Positions 30,491-40,001 of a DNA stretch of 55,576 nt are shown here, piece after piece. Under the pieces are notes generated by a model, which ran no database searches, had not been told where the DNA came from, and was given only the letters and a program-made list of their open reading frames with translations. This DNA comes from a virus (lineage: Duplodnaviria; Caudoviricetes), in IMG/VR virus record IMGVR_UViG_3300013770_000001, positions 1 through 55,576 of that record, one strand, 5' to 3'. Both the position numbers and the translations under genes were made by a program. The stretch's first letter is position 1; the number at the start of each line of letters is the position of its first letter.

Positions 30491-30911
30491 CTTCACCGCT
30501 CCCTTTCTCTTGGAATTCAATAAGAAAAGCGATATTGCACATTGCGTGGGCCAAGTGAGAAAGACCAGATTCATCATCCTTATCTTGGCCAGCAACCCAG
30601 AGAAAGAGATGCCGAAGTGCTGCCCCAAAGACTCGCGTCCACTTGAAGCCCTTTCGCCAGTTGTTGTCGTCATATTTCTTTGCGCCGTAGGTGAGTACAC
30701 TTCCAAGTGCCCTGATCGCAGATTCGGGAATCAGTTCGAGGCGCTGTTTCTCACCATCGTACTTGACCGCAACCATACCAAGTGCCTCTCTTGCCTGTTC
30801 TTGTATGATGGATTGATTCAACCCCGAGCCGAGTGGCGGTCGGTCGCTTCGTGGACTCTGATCCTTCGGGGAGATTGGGACAGATGGAATCGCGTCATGT
30901 TGGTTAATCAT
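30474..30911 (-). CDS. DUF5664-like dATP/dGTP diphosphohydrolase-domain protein
   Basis: KYDGEKQRLELIP..VLTYGAKKY..NWRKG..AALRHL..D.ESGLSHLAHA.CN. Confidence 0.8.
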   Translation of the reverse strand: MINQHDAIPSVPISPKDQSPRSDRPPLGSGLNQSIIQEQAREALGMVAVKYDGEKQRLELIPESAIRALGSVLTYGAKKYDDNNWRKGFKWTRVFGAALRHLFLWVAGQDKDDESGLSHLAHAMCNIAFLIEFQEKGSGEDDRIK

Positions 30912-31135
30912 TTAGCAACCTCCGCTAACTTCTTACCGAACACCCAATCACCGCGACGTTCAATTACCCAAAAGTTCTTTGGAGGTGGATCGGGGACGTG
31001 GACGCCTATGAAGAATGTAAGATCCAACATCAAAAGATATTGAATCTCGGAGTTGAAAGCAACCATCAACTCTGCCTTCTGTTCAGGTGTACAGATGGTT
31101 AATGCGCCCTGAAGGGTTAGATTAGGATTTGTCAT
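30908..31135 (-). CDS. Hypothetical protein
   Basis: GGAGGT RBS; fills the gap in the leftward operon. Confidence 0.5.
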   Translation of the reverse strand: MTNPNLTLQGALTICTPEQKAELMVAFNSEIQYLLMLDLTFFIGVHVPDPPPKNFWVIERRGDWVFGKKLAEVAK

Positions 31136-33845
31136 GTGACACCTCCAAATACTCCCCAACTAGGACGAACTTCTTTCCCTCCATATCTTTGGTCAATTCG
31201 GCTTCATCGAGAAGCCACTTGATATTCCCGATGTAGTGCTGCGCATCCTTATGCCATCGGCCTTTGGGCATCGCACGGGGGAGATCTCGTCCCAAAGCGA
31301 TCTTGCTCGGCACTCCCACGATTCGGTTCTGCTCGCACCATGAAGCGAACTGGTCGTAGAAGTCGCTGAACTTGATCTTGTACCCATGAGCCAAGACAGC
31401 TCGATCAGAGATGAACTCCTCCAAGGGCGAGCGGTTGGACTGTTCAAGGACTGACTTCTCCGTCGATTCAAGTGCTGGTACGTTGAGTCGGTCGTTTGAT
31501 TCAGGAAGTTCTAGATTCAGAATCTCGGCGAGGAAGTCAGGCGCCTCCTTCTCCAGATTCAGGATCAACCGCTTCTTCGAAATCAGCTCTTCCAAAGCAA
31601 GAGGGGGTACGTTAATCGGGACAATACGAGTGTCACCCGGGAAGATGGGGCAATAGCTGGCGTGGTTCGCACAGTGAATCCAGTGCGTCGTGTTGGGTGC
31701 ATGAAACGGAGCTTGGTACATGTGACGGATGTTGATGTAGGGCGACGTGACCCAGTCCTTGATTTTGTTATACGCATGTTGGCCACCTCCACGTGTCGCC
31801 TGAAGATTCACTTCTTCCAGAACAGCAATGATCGTGCCTTCTAACTCGCCATTGAAGTTCTGTTCAAGGGCATTTTCTGCCCGCTGATAGCCCTTGGTCA
31901 AGAGCAAAGACATCGCTTCATGGAAGGATGACTTGCCGGTGTTCTGTTCGGGCGAGTAGAAGAACAGGTACGGGAGTGGGTCCATCGGGAACTGGAAGAG
32001 CGAGGCCACCCAACACTTCAGGTAGTCCCCGCCTGTCTTGATTCCGTTAGCACGGCACCATGGATTCAGTGATACCGAGTGGTCAATACCGTGCCCGCAG
32101 TGGGTCAGAATCTTGAGCCATGTTGGATAGTGAAGTTTGTCCAACTCTTGCGTAGGCGTGAACCGAAGACGTGCGGCCTTCTGATTCCACTCACGCGAAC
32201 CGGGGTACTCGGGCTGGAACGGCTTGTTGACGAGCTTCCATGCGCGCCAAATCAAGGAGCCAATAATGGTGTCGATCTCATTCGCCGAATACTTCTTCAG
32301 GGCGCGAAGGCCCGCTTTGACGTGGACTAGCGGCTCATTCCGCCAAGTGCCCTCAGCCTTGATGACCCAGCCGGCATCCTCGCTTGAAGCAGCAACAAGG
32401 TGGCGAATCGTTTCGTCACGATTGATGAGTTCAGGTTCGGCTTTCAGGTCTAGTTTGGGTTGGAAGATTCGGGACCATGGCTTCCCACCTTCGGCGAGCC
32501 ACCCGGTCATCCCGTCACCCTTGTCAGCACTCTCCCGTGCAACTGTGACAATCAGGCGACCGTCCTTATGCGGGCGCAGCGTCATCTCACGACTCAGAAG
32601 CCCATCAGGGAGATTGATTTCGATTCCGAGGAGTCGAGCTGCCTTCGCAGCCTTCAGACCATTCGTGAAGACAAAGGCTCCCTTGTCGTTCTCGATCCCA
32701 CTGTTGGCTCGGCAGGCTTCGGCGAGGTCCGGGTCTTTATTGAGGAAGCAACGTGTCCAACCAGCAGAATCATTGGACCACGACTCGTGTTCTGTTACGC
32801 CAGTCGTGTACCGACGGACGCCCCACGCGCCGTTGCGGAGAGGGAAGAGGAAACAGTTATGGTCAGTGCCAAGTTCGGAGCCGCTAGCGAGCGTCTCGAA
32901 AGTCCCGCGCAGAGCAAGAGCGGTATGCGCCTTCTTGAGAATCGCCGTATGCGTGATAAGCATGTGGTAGTCGCTATCCCACCACCACGCGCTTGCGAAA
33001 TGCTCCGTTAAGTAGTCGATCAGTCTCTTGTGGTCTGAATCAAGCGGTATGTTTTCGCGCTGGCCGGACATCTCTTCAAAAAGAGACATCTCAGATTCCT
33101 GAATCACTTGAGGACGGTTCTTTGCCCTCTTCCCAGTTACAACCGTGAGATGGTCCCGCCAATTGGCTGGAACAGATTCCAGAATCACGCCCTGCTTAAT
33201 TAGCTTGAAACCGTCCGTACCCTTACACTTGCGGTGCCACACCCACATGTTGCCGCCGCAGTTGTCCACCTTGGACTTGAAGTCAAAACCAGTGGTTGCT
33301 GCCAGCAGATTCAGAATCGAACGGCCGAGGGCAGCATGTTCAGTGTGATTCGCTGTAGCAATTCCCTTTAGATGCACGTAGAGGTGCAATCCACTGCCAG
33401 AGGAAGACTTTCTGACGGTCACCCAAGGAATTTTACAGGCAGCTTGCCGGACTGATTCCAAATCATCGTTCGACAGTTTCTTGGAGTGTCGCTCCGCGTG
33501 ACCTACGATAGCGTCGAAGTCGAACGCGACCCAGAGGCTCTTGCGCTCCTGCCAGTTCCAGCCGGTCATGCCAATTGCCTCAGCATGTTCGGCGAGATCA
33601 AAATGAATGTCCGAATCAGTGTACTCGGGTTCAGAATTGGCGTTGTACGGAATCCGAAAGGCTTTCCAATGAGACTTCCCATCTGTGAAGGACTGAAACT
33701 TCTTTCCCTTGAACTCGCCGATCTCTCGCTCGCCGCTACCTTGCGCGACGTTCACCTGAACCTCCATTGCAGAGGAGTACAGATTCGCCAAGTCACCCTC
33801 AGCGACATTGGTGAGATACATTTTGATCGAGTCAGTTTTCAGCAT
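31122..33845 (-). CDS. Primase-polymerase/helicase (AEP N-terminus plus SF3/D5-like NTPase)
   Basis: FDFD and SSSGSGLHLY primase motifs; EQNTGKS Walker A; LEEV Walker B. Confidence 0.8.
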   Translation of the reverse strand: MLKTDSIKMYLTNVAEGDLANLYSSAMEVQVNVAQGSGEREIGEFKGKKFQSFTDGKSHWKAFRIPYNANSEPEYTDSDIHFDLAEHAEAIGMTGWNWQERKSLWVAFDFDAIVGHAERHSKKLSNDDLESVRQAACKIPWVTVRKSSSGSGLHLYVHLKGIATANHTEHAALGRSILNLLAATTGFDFKSKVDNCGGNMWVWHRKCKGTDGFKLIKQGVILESVPANWRDHLTVVTGKRAKNRPQVIQESEMSLFEEMSGQRENIPLDSDHKRLIDYLTEHFASAWWWDSDYHMLITHTAILKKAHTALALRGTFETLASGSELGTDHNCFLFPLRNGAWGVRRYTTGVTEHESWSNDSAGWTRCFLNKDPDLAEACRANSGIENDKGAFVFTNGLKAAKAARLLGIEINLPDGLLSREMTLRPHKDGRLIVTVARESADKGDGMTGWLAEGGKPWSRIFQPKLDLKAEPELINRDETIRHLVAASSEDAGWVIKAEGTWRNEPLVHVKAGLRALKKYSANEIDTIIGSLIWRAWKLVNKPFQPEYPGSREWNQKAARLRFTPTQELDKLHYPTWLKILTHCGHGIDHSVSLNPWCRANGIKTGGDYLKCWVASLFQFPMDPLPYLFFYSPEQNTGKSSFHEAMSLLLTKGYQRAENALEQNFNGELEGTIIAVLEEVNLQATRGGGQHAYNKIKDWVTSPYINIRHMYQAPFHAPNTTHWIHCANHASYCPIFPGDTRIVPINVPPLALEELISKKRLILNLEKEAPDFLAEILNLELPESNDRLNVPALESTEKSVLEQSNRSPLEEFISDRAVLAHGYKIKFSDFYDQFASWCEQNRIVGVPSKIALGRDLPRAMPKGRWHKDAQHYIGNIKWLLDEAELTKDMEGKKFVLVGEYLEVSHDKS

Positions 33846-33918
33846 TGGTGTCTCTGAATCTAGGAATCAAATCTCGCGGAGATTTGATTCTATGTCCTCT
33901 TAGAGTATCCGTATTGAA

Positions 33919-33944
33919 TAACTGAAAATTCCGTTAAAAATTCC
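33919..33944 (-). promoter_or_regulatory. GGAATTTT-N14-GTTA promoter motif driving the leftward operon
   Basis: + strand taac-N17-attcc, the reverse complement of the motif. Confidence 0.6.
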
Positions 33945-34217
33945 GGTAATTCTGTAATTTATTTGTGTCCTTATAAGGGGCCCCTCGCCCGAAAACAGTA
34001 AGCATATAACTGCTTTAGAATGAAGGATTTAACTGTTTTCGATAATAACTGTTTTCTAACAACTGCTGTATCTTTTCTCTTTCCTATTCTTTCCTTTACA
34101 GAAGTAGAAAACAGTAAGTAGTAATTCAGTTAAAGTATTCATTTTAAAAGACTTAGATTTTTGAAAAGAGTAATTCAGTTAGCTACAAATACTGGGCCAA
34201 TTAAATTTATTTTTCAC

Positions 34218-34243
34218 GGAATTTTTTAGTTCCTGCTAGGTTA
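34218..34243 (+). promoter_or_regulatory. GGAATTTT-N14-GTTA promoter motif driving the rightward operon
   Basis: ggaattttttagttcctgctaggtta. Confidence 0.6.
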
Positions 34244-34344
34244 TTCCTTTACCGCATATCTCATAGTGAGAAATGCACCGCCAGAATCGAATCCAGTAGA
34301 TTTGATTCGGCAGATTCATGAATCGTACTGGAGGAATCGTTATT

Positions 34345-35343
34345 ATGGATACCCCAAAGGTAGCCACCGTCAAGCTCGAACAGATTCGGGCCAATCCCGT
34401 CGCACTTCGCGGCGTGAACAAACAGACTGAAGCCTATGAAGGTTTGGTTCAGTCGATGCGGAATCAGGGTTTCTTCGGCGCCATCACGGTGCGCGAACAG
34501 ATTGACCCTGTGACCGGCCAGAAGTATTACGAAATCACCGACGGGTTGCACCGATTCTCCGCAGCCGGCGATGCCGGTCTGAAGGAAATCAACGTCAGCA
34601 TTGTCACGCTGACGCAGGACCAGATGCTCGAAGCGCAGATGTTGATGAATCTGCACACCATCGAGACGAAGGCGTCGGAATACACTGCGCAGTTGAAGCG
34701 GATTCTGTCACGTGACCCGCTGATGACTGTCGCCCAACTCGCGAAGAAGGTCGGCAAGAATCCGACGTGGATCGAAGATCGGCTGTCCCTCAGCAAGATT
34801 TCGAATCCCAAGATCATGGCTCTGATCGACGAAGGCAAGATCAAACTGGGCAATGCTTACGCATTGGCTCGCCTGCCCGAAACCGAACAGACCACGTTCA
34901 CTGACCGTGCGATGACCGAAGAACCGAAGACGTTCGTGCCCGCCGTGAATGAACGCCTGAAGAATCTGCGCGCCGCCGCGCTGTCCGGCAAAGATGCCGC
35001 GCCGCCGACGTTCTCGCCGAATCCGACTCTTCGCTCCCGCAAGGAACTGGTCGATGAAGTGATCGGCACGACCGCCGGCACCGCAGCGAAGGCTCTCATC
35101 GCCGCGTCGAAAGACCAGACCCCTGCCGCGATCTTCGCGCTGGCCGTGAAGTGGGCAATCCATTTGGATACCGCTTCCGTGAATCAGCAGAAGGCCGAAT
35201 GGGATCAGCGCCAAGCTGCCGAAGCGAAAGCCAGGGCCGAACGCAAGGTCGAACAGGAAAAGAAAGCAACCGAGAAAGCCGCAGCAAAGGCAGCAGAAGC
35301 AGCCGGTGCGAAGGTGGACGCTCAGGCTGTCGCCAAGAAGTAG
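34345..35343 (+). CDS. ParB/Spo0J-like protein 1 (ParB-N, HTH, Ala/Lys-rich tail)
   Basis: SMRNQGFFGAITVR..YEITDGLHRF; HTH TVAQLAKKVGKNPTWIEDRLSL; GGAGGA RBS. Confidence 0.8.
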   Translation: MDTPKVATVKLEQIRANPVALRGVNKQTEAYEGLVQSMRNQGFFGAITVREQIDPVTGQKYYEITDGLHRFSAAGDAGLKEINVSIVTLTQDQMLEAQMLMNLHTIETKASEYTAQLKRILSRDPLMTVAQLAKKVGKNPTWIEDRLSLSKISNPKIMALIDEGKIKLGNAYALARLPETEQTTFTDRAMTEEPKTFVPAVNERLKNLRAAALSGKDAAPPTFSPNPTLRSRKELVDEVIGTTAGTAAKALIAASKDQTPAAIFALAVKWAIHLDTASVNQQKAEWDQRQAAEAKARAERKVEQEKKATEKAAAKAAEAAGAKVDAQAVAKK

Positions 35344-35371
35344 AATCACAGGACGCTGTGATTCGCCATGG

Positions 35372-35407
35372 AAAGCGGAAGCCACCCACAAGGAGGTTTC
35401 CGCTTTT
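35372..35407 (+). terminator. Terminator-like hairpin after ParB-like 1
   Basis: aaagcggaagcc...ggtttccgctttt. Confidence 0.55.
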
Positions 35408-35413
35408 CGTGCT

Positions 35414-35477
35414 AGGGCCATGGTGCAATAGTAGCATCCGGTTGCCGGGATGTAGGTATCGAATCCTACTGGCCCTA
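35414..35477 (+). ncRNA. tRNA-like element with collapsed anticodon arm
   Basis: Acceptor AGGGCCA/TGGCCCT, D stem GTGC/GCAT, CCGG-TTG-CCGG arm, T arm GTAGG-TATCGAAT-CCTAC. Confidence 0.6.
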
Positions 35478-35502
35478 TTTAAATCTCAAAAGGAAACAAT
35501 CA

Positions 35503-36207
35503 ATGAGTGAAGCTGAACCAGAAAATCAATTGGCTGAGATTCCAGCATCAACTGGAGCTTTGGCGAAGAATAGCGATGCGCTCTTTGAGCAGATGGCGTC
35601 GCCGGGGGACTTCTTCCCACGTCTGCAACTGATCACAAACAAAAGCAGATACTGCGACCAAGGTGACGGCACTGGTGTCAAGGTGAATCATTTCGGGCTT
35701 TTCCTTGGGAAAGAACCAGAAGACGTGGGTGATCGTCTCGACTGTGTCATACCTGCTGACGCGTGGCGCCCGAAGGCGCTGTACACAGGTGACGGCTCGG
35801 GTGATTCGGAGTTTGTCTGCTCCCATGATCCTGAATCAGAAGCGTTCAGGTCGATTAGGAAACGGTCGGAATTTCCAGATTCGAAATGCCAGTATGGTCC
35901 TGAATTCCTGATTTACCTGCCGGAAAAGAAGAAGTTCGTGACTTTCTTCTGCGGGAGCAAATCCCAGCGCCGCGAAGCCGACAAGTTTCGCGCATTGCAG
36001 GGCGGAGCCGTTACGCTTTCGCCCCGTCGCGCCGAGAAGGGCAAGTTCGTCTGGTACGTCACCGTCGCGCAGAAATGCACGCGGAAGTTGGAACTTCCGA
36101 CGGCGACCGTCTGGAACGAATCCATGAACAAGTTCAGGAATCCTGCAACCGCCGAGACCAAAGAACGCAAGCCGGTTGAAGGCGCAGAAGGGGGACGTGT
36201 TCGTTGA
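35503..36207 (+). CDS. Hypothetical replication protein (possible ssDNA-binding)
   Basis: FPRLQL motif, aromatic/basic beta-rich core; position in the replication block. Confidence 0.45.
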   Translation: MSEAEPENQLAEIPASTGALAKNSDALFEQMASPGDFFPRLQLITNKSRYCDQGDGTGVKVNHFGLFLGKEPEDVGDRLDCVIPADAWRPKALYTGDGSGDSEFVCSHDPESEAFRSIRKRSEFPDSKCQYGPEFLIYLPEKKKFVTFFCGSKSQRREADKFRALQGGAVTLSPRRAEKGKFVWYVTVAQKCTRKLELPTATVWNESMNKFRNPATAETKERKPVEGAEGGRVR

Positions 36208-36710
36208 TTCCACTCTCAGTCTCCCGGCCCGATTGGGAGGCATTTACAAAGGGCTGCAAAACCTGTCTCGGCTATGATCCCATAGCCGAGATAGATGATG
36301 CGGGCCTTAGCAGGCAAGCAGGTGCTTTCCTTGCAACGCTCTCTCTGAGTGATGACCCGCTTGATAGCATCAAGAGCGGGCATCACTCGGCGGAGCATTT
36401 CTTTATTTCTTGCATGTCAGAAGCAACAGGTCTTTGTGTGATTCAGATTCTTGCAGCAACAAGGTTACAGTATCTCACAGTCGCCAAGACGATCAAACCA
36501 TTCGGAATCTTCTCAGGTTCATTCAAGGCGTGGACGGAAGCAATTCTTCATTTCTGCCAGAAAGATTCGTACCCGGAGGCCCGAAAAGAGTTCACTGATG
36601 TGTATCAGGCATTTATGAAAGACAAAGGCTTCATGCAGGTTTTCTCAGGATATAATGAGGTTGAAACTAATGACGGAATCATTCTTCTCCGCAGAGGGCG
36701 CCATTCCTGA
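36204..36710 (+). CDS. Short ThyX-like (Thy1 fold) protein, possibly degenerate
   Basis: GHHSAEHFF and SGSFKAW..I..FC resemble ThyX motifs; RHR motif absent. Confidence 0.35.
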   Translation: MIPLSVSRPDWEAFTKGCKTCLGYDPIAEIDDAGLSRQAGAFLATLSLSDDPLDSIKSGHHSAEHFFISCMSEATGLCVIQILAATRLQYLTVAKTIKPFGIFSGSFKAWTEAILHFCQKDSYPEARKEFTDVYQAFMKDKGFMQVFSGYNEVETNDGIILLRRGRHS

Positions 36711-38670
36711 AGGCGAGTCACAACAAGATCTGATGGGCGGCAAGTGGTGGGTCAAAGCAACTTTTCGACGCGAGAAGGGCAGAATCTACATAAGCTGGGG
36801 CTTTAACAAGCAGATTCGGGAAGAGATCAAGCTCATGGAAGGCACCCATTGGTGCGGGGCTGACGATCCTACTATGAAGGCTTGGTGGTATGTCACTGAC
36901 TCCGTGCGGAATCATTTCCAGTTTGCCTACCTGATGGGCAAGAATCCATACAGGCACTACGATCTCCCATTGGTTGAATTTGAGACGAAACGACCCGCTT
37001 ATAACCATCAATTGGCGATGGCCAGCTTCATCATCACACGGCACTTTGGAGTGCTCGCCTGCGAGATGGGAACTGGCAAGACACTTGCGATGATCGAGGC
37101 GATGGAAGCCACGATTCCGGAGACCTCTGGGCACGAAGACATCGCATGGTATGTCGGCCCCAAAGCAGGTGTCAAAGCAGTCGCCCGCGAACTCATCAAA
37201 TGGGATTCCCGAATCAGTCCCCGTATGCTGACCTACGAAGGTCTGGTCAAGGTGATGGCGCAGTGGCAACCTGGCAACCCTGCTCCGCGCTTCGTGACAT
37301 TCGATGAATCTTCGCGAATCAAAACAGCAACAGCGCAGCGATCACAAGCGGCAAGAGCACTCGCTGACGCAGTGCGCAAGGAACACGGCCTCAATGGCTA
37401 TGTTGTCCTTATGAGCGGAACGCCCGCACCCAAGTCACCGCTTGACTGGTGGAATCAATGTGAAGTCGCCTGCCCAGGATTCCTGCGGGAAGGTTCGGCG
37501 ATCAAACTACAAAAACGTCTCGCCATTATGCAAGAAGGCACGTCACTCGCCGGTGTCGCCTACCATCGCCCGCTCGCATGGCTGGACGATGAACGCCGCT
37601 GTTTGAAATGCGGAAAGTTCGAGGACGATCAAGGCCACCAACAACAGATTCTGTCCTCCTTCTCCGGTCTGCAAGAGATCAACACGTCATACCATCCGTG
37701 GACACCTTCTGAGAATGAAGTGGCCAAGCTCTACAAGCGCCTTGAAGGGCTTGTACTGGTCCAGTTCAAGAAGGACTGTCTGGACCTCCCTGAGAAGACA
37801 TACGAGATAATCGAGATTCAGCCGACATCAGAATTGCTGCAAGCTGCTGCCTCGATTCGCCGCCTCTCAAGAACGGCGATTCAAGCGCTCACGCTTCTGC
37901 GGGAACTGTCAGACGGATTCCAGTATCAGGAAACCGTGAGTGGCAAGGTGCAATGCCCTCACTGCTTCGGACGCAAACGTGTCACAGAGTATGAACCTGT
38001 TGAGCCGGTTGATTCGATGGCTCCACTCGACATCCATAAGGAAGACTTCAAGCAGGCCGAAATGGACTGCCCGTACTGTGGTGGCGAGGGTGAGGTCGCC
38101 AGCTATACACGAATCGCAGAGCGAGTTGGGAGTTTGAAAGATGGCGTGTTCACTGAAGAACTCGAAGCCCACGAGGATGTTGGCCGCTACATTGTCTGGG
38201 CGGGATTCTCGGAAACTATCGACCATCTGGTTCAGCTCGCCCACCAGAACGGCTGGGCCACACTTTGTGTTGACGGGCGCGGCTATCGTGGCGAGGGAGT
38301 GGACCGCCAACCGATTCCGGATGCAGATCTACTCTCTGCGATGGACCGAAGCGATAAGAATTACGAGGAATGGCGAATTAAGCACCCGAAGGTGTGTTTT
38401 GTCGGACACCCCAAGGCAGGCGGAATGGCTCTCACGCTGACGGCCTCACCGACGGAGCTGTTCTACAGTAACGACTTCTCAGGTGAAGGTAGGATGCAGG
38501 CTGAGGACCGTGCCCATCGGCCGGGTATGGACGCGAATCGTGGTCTCGTGATTAAGGACATATTTCTTCTTCCCTCTGACCGATTGGTCTACGAGAATCT
38601 GAAGAAGAAAAAGAAACTGCAACTGCTTACCATGACTGATTTGGAAGCTATCTTTGAAAGGAGCAACTAA
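36670..38670 (+). CDS. SNF2-family helicase with zinc-finger insertions
   Basis: EMGTGKT, FDESS, MSGTP, GGMALTLT, QAEDRAHRPG. Confidence 0.9.
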   Translation: MTESFFSAEGAIPEGESQQDLMGGKWWVKATFRREKGRIYISWGFNKQIREEIKLMEGTHWCGADDPTMKAWWYVTDSVRNHFQFAYLMGKNPYRHYDLPLVEFETKRPAYNHQLAMASFIITRHFGVLACEMGTGKTLAMIEAMEATIPETSGHEDIAWYVGPKAGVKAVARELIKWDSRISPRMLTYEGLVKVMAQWQPGNPAPRFVTFDESSRIKTATAQRSQAARALADAVRKEHGLNGYVVLMSGTPAPKSPLDWWNQCEVACPGFLREGSAIKLQKRLAIMQEGTSLAGVAYHRPLAWLDDERRCLKCGKFEDDQGHQQQILSSFSGLQEINTSYHPWTPSENEVAKLYKRLEGLVLVQFKKDCLDLPEKTYEIIEIQPTSELLQAAASIRRLSRTAIQALTLLRELSDGFQYQETVSGKVQCPHCFGRKRVTEYEPVEPVDSMAPLDIHKEDFKQAEMDCPYCGGEGEVASYTRIAERVGSLKDGVFTEELEAHEDVGRYIVWAGFSETIDHLVQLAHQNGWATLCVDGRGYRGEGVDRQPIPDADLLSAMDRSDKNYEEWRIKHPKVCFVGHPKAGGMALTLTASPTELFYSNDFSGEGRMQAEDRAHRPGMDANRGLVIKDIFLLPSDRLVYENLKKKKKLQLLTMTDLEAIFERSN

Positions 38671-39698
38671 TGGAAACGACGTTAATCCCCGGCGTAGAAG
38701 TGGTGAAGACTAAGTCCGCAGACGGAACGACCATCACGGCCAATGCGATTCCCATTGCCAAGATCTTCATGGATATGGAGTTCAACTCCCGGCAGCAGGA
38801 GTTGAATCCGTCGAAGGTCTCTGGCTTGGCAGGTGACATCCGGGATAAGACGACCGAATCATTCGGTGGCCTTATCAGTCCGGTTGTCATCAGCGACATC
38901 CCTGAATCACGGAAGCAGTTCGCACCTCCCGGCGCAGAACACTGGCTGGTCTGCGGCTATCGTCGTACTATGGCCTTCCAAGTCTTGGAACGCGAGACCA
39001 TCCCCGCAATCTATATCCCGCACCTCACGGAACTCGATGCCCGATTCATGAATCTGGCTGAGAATCTGATGCGAGAAGATTTGAACTTCGGACAGGAGTC
39101 GAAGGCCATTATTCCGCTCCTTGCCGAGACGAAGAACGAGGAAGAGATCGGCCGCAAGTTGGGTAAAAGTCGTGGCTGGGTACAGGTGCGCCGGATGTTC
39201 CTCGGTCTCCCGGAGGACATGCGCCGCAAGTTCCTCGAAGATGAAGGCCTCGTTTCCCAGCACCAGATTCGTGACCTTTCCAACGTGCTTGGAACCGCAG
39301 GCCCGGAGGCGGCACGGCGTGAGATGGCTCTGATGATTGACGCCAAACTTGGCGGGAAGACACCGCGCCGTGTCAATACCGAGCGGAAGAAATTGGGAAA
39401 CAAGTCGATTCGCACCAAGGGCGAGATCGAACAGATGCAGACGCATATCCGAGAAGCAATCGGGAATGGGCATCTCACAGTCATCCTTGGGTGGACAATT
39501 GGTGTCGTCACGAACGCAGAGGTTGCGGCCGTGATTCTGCAAGAGGCGAACACGCTCGGCAAGTTCTACAACCCAAGCGCAATGGAGGTGTTAGACGGTG
39601 ACAAATCAACAGAAGGCAAAGGCGACGTGGGCACCACCCAAAACGCTCCAGAAGGAGCAGGAGAATCTGTCGGAGAGGTGGGAACACCCTCTAATTGA
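38670..39698 (+). CDS. ParB/Spo0J-like protein 2
   Basis: GLISPVVI..LVCGYRRTMA Arg patch, NLAENLMREDL, HTH EEIGRKLGKSRGWVQ. Confidence 0.8.
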   Translation: METTLIPGVEVVKTKSADGTTITANAIPIAKIFMDMEFNSRQQELNPSKVSGLAGDIRDKTTESFGGLISPVVISDIPESRKQFAPPGAEHWLVCGYRRTMAFQVLERETIPAIYIPHLTELDARFMNLAENLMREDLNFGQESKAIIPLLAETKNEEEIGRKLGKSRGWVQVRRMFLGLPEDMRRKFLEDEGLVSQHQIRDLSNVLGTAGPEAARREMALMIDAKLGGKTPRRVNTERKKLGNKSIRTKGEIEQMQTHIREAIGNGHLTVILGWTIGVVTNAEVAAVILQEANTLGKFYNPSAMEVLDGDKSTEGKGDVGTTQNAPEGAGESVGEVGTPSN

Positions 39699-39999
39699 GA
39701 TCGAGGCAGCGATCTATGCGCAGGCAAAGATCACCGGATTCGCGAATCGGAAGCGTGAACTTCCAGAACTTCTCATGCTGGCAGTTTCGGAGCTTTCTGA
39801 GGCGCTCGAAGCTGATCGGGCAGGCGGTGGCCAGAGCGAAAAGATTCCGGAGTTCTCCAAGATCGAAGAGGAACTGGCTGATGCGGTAATCCGGATTCTG
39901 GATGCGAGTGCTTCACTCCGTCTCGGTGTCCCGAGGGCTATCATCGCGAAGATTCTCTATAACAAGCATCGTCCGAAACTTCACGGAAAGAGGTACTGA
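39598..39999 (+). CDS. MazG-like NTP pyrophosphohydrolase
   Basis: LMLAVSELSEALEADR..EEELADAVIRILD..K..YN..RP..HGK. Confidence 0.8.
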   Translation: MTNQQKAKATWAPPKTLQKEQENLSERWEHPLIEIEAAIYAQAKITGFANRKRELPELLMLAVSELSEALEADRAGGGQSEKIPEFSKIEEELADAVIRILDASASLRLGVPRAIIAKILYNKHRPKLHGKRY

Positions 40000-40001
40000 A
40001 C

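Larger units (their letters stand above)
33846..34344. other. AT-rich divergent control region, candidate replication origin
   Basis: Strongly AT-rich; repeats aaaacagtaag (x2), gtaattcagtta (x2), taactgttt; hairpin at 33864-33890; next to the primase-helicase gene. Confidence 0.55.

Noticed and set aside
30474-30911. 2-aminoadenine (Z) genome pathway suggested by DUF5664, MazG and PolA
   Set aside because: No PurZ/adenylosuccinate-synthetase-like gene is visible, and a Dam-type adenine methyltransferase implies normal adenine.
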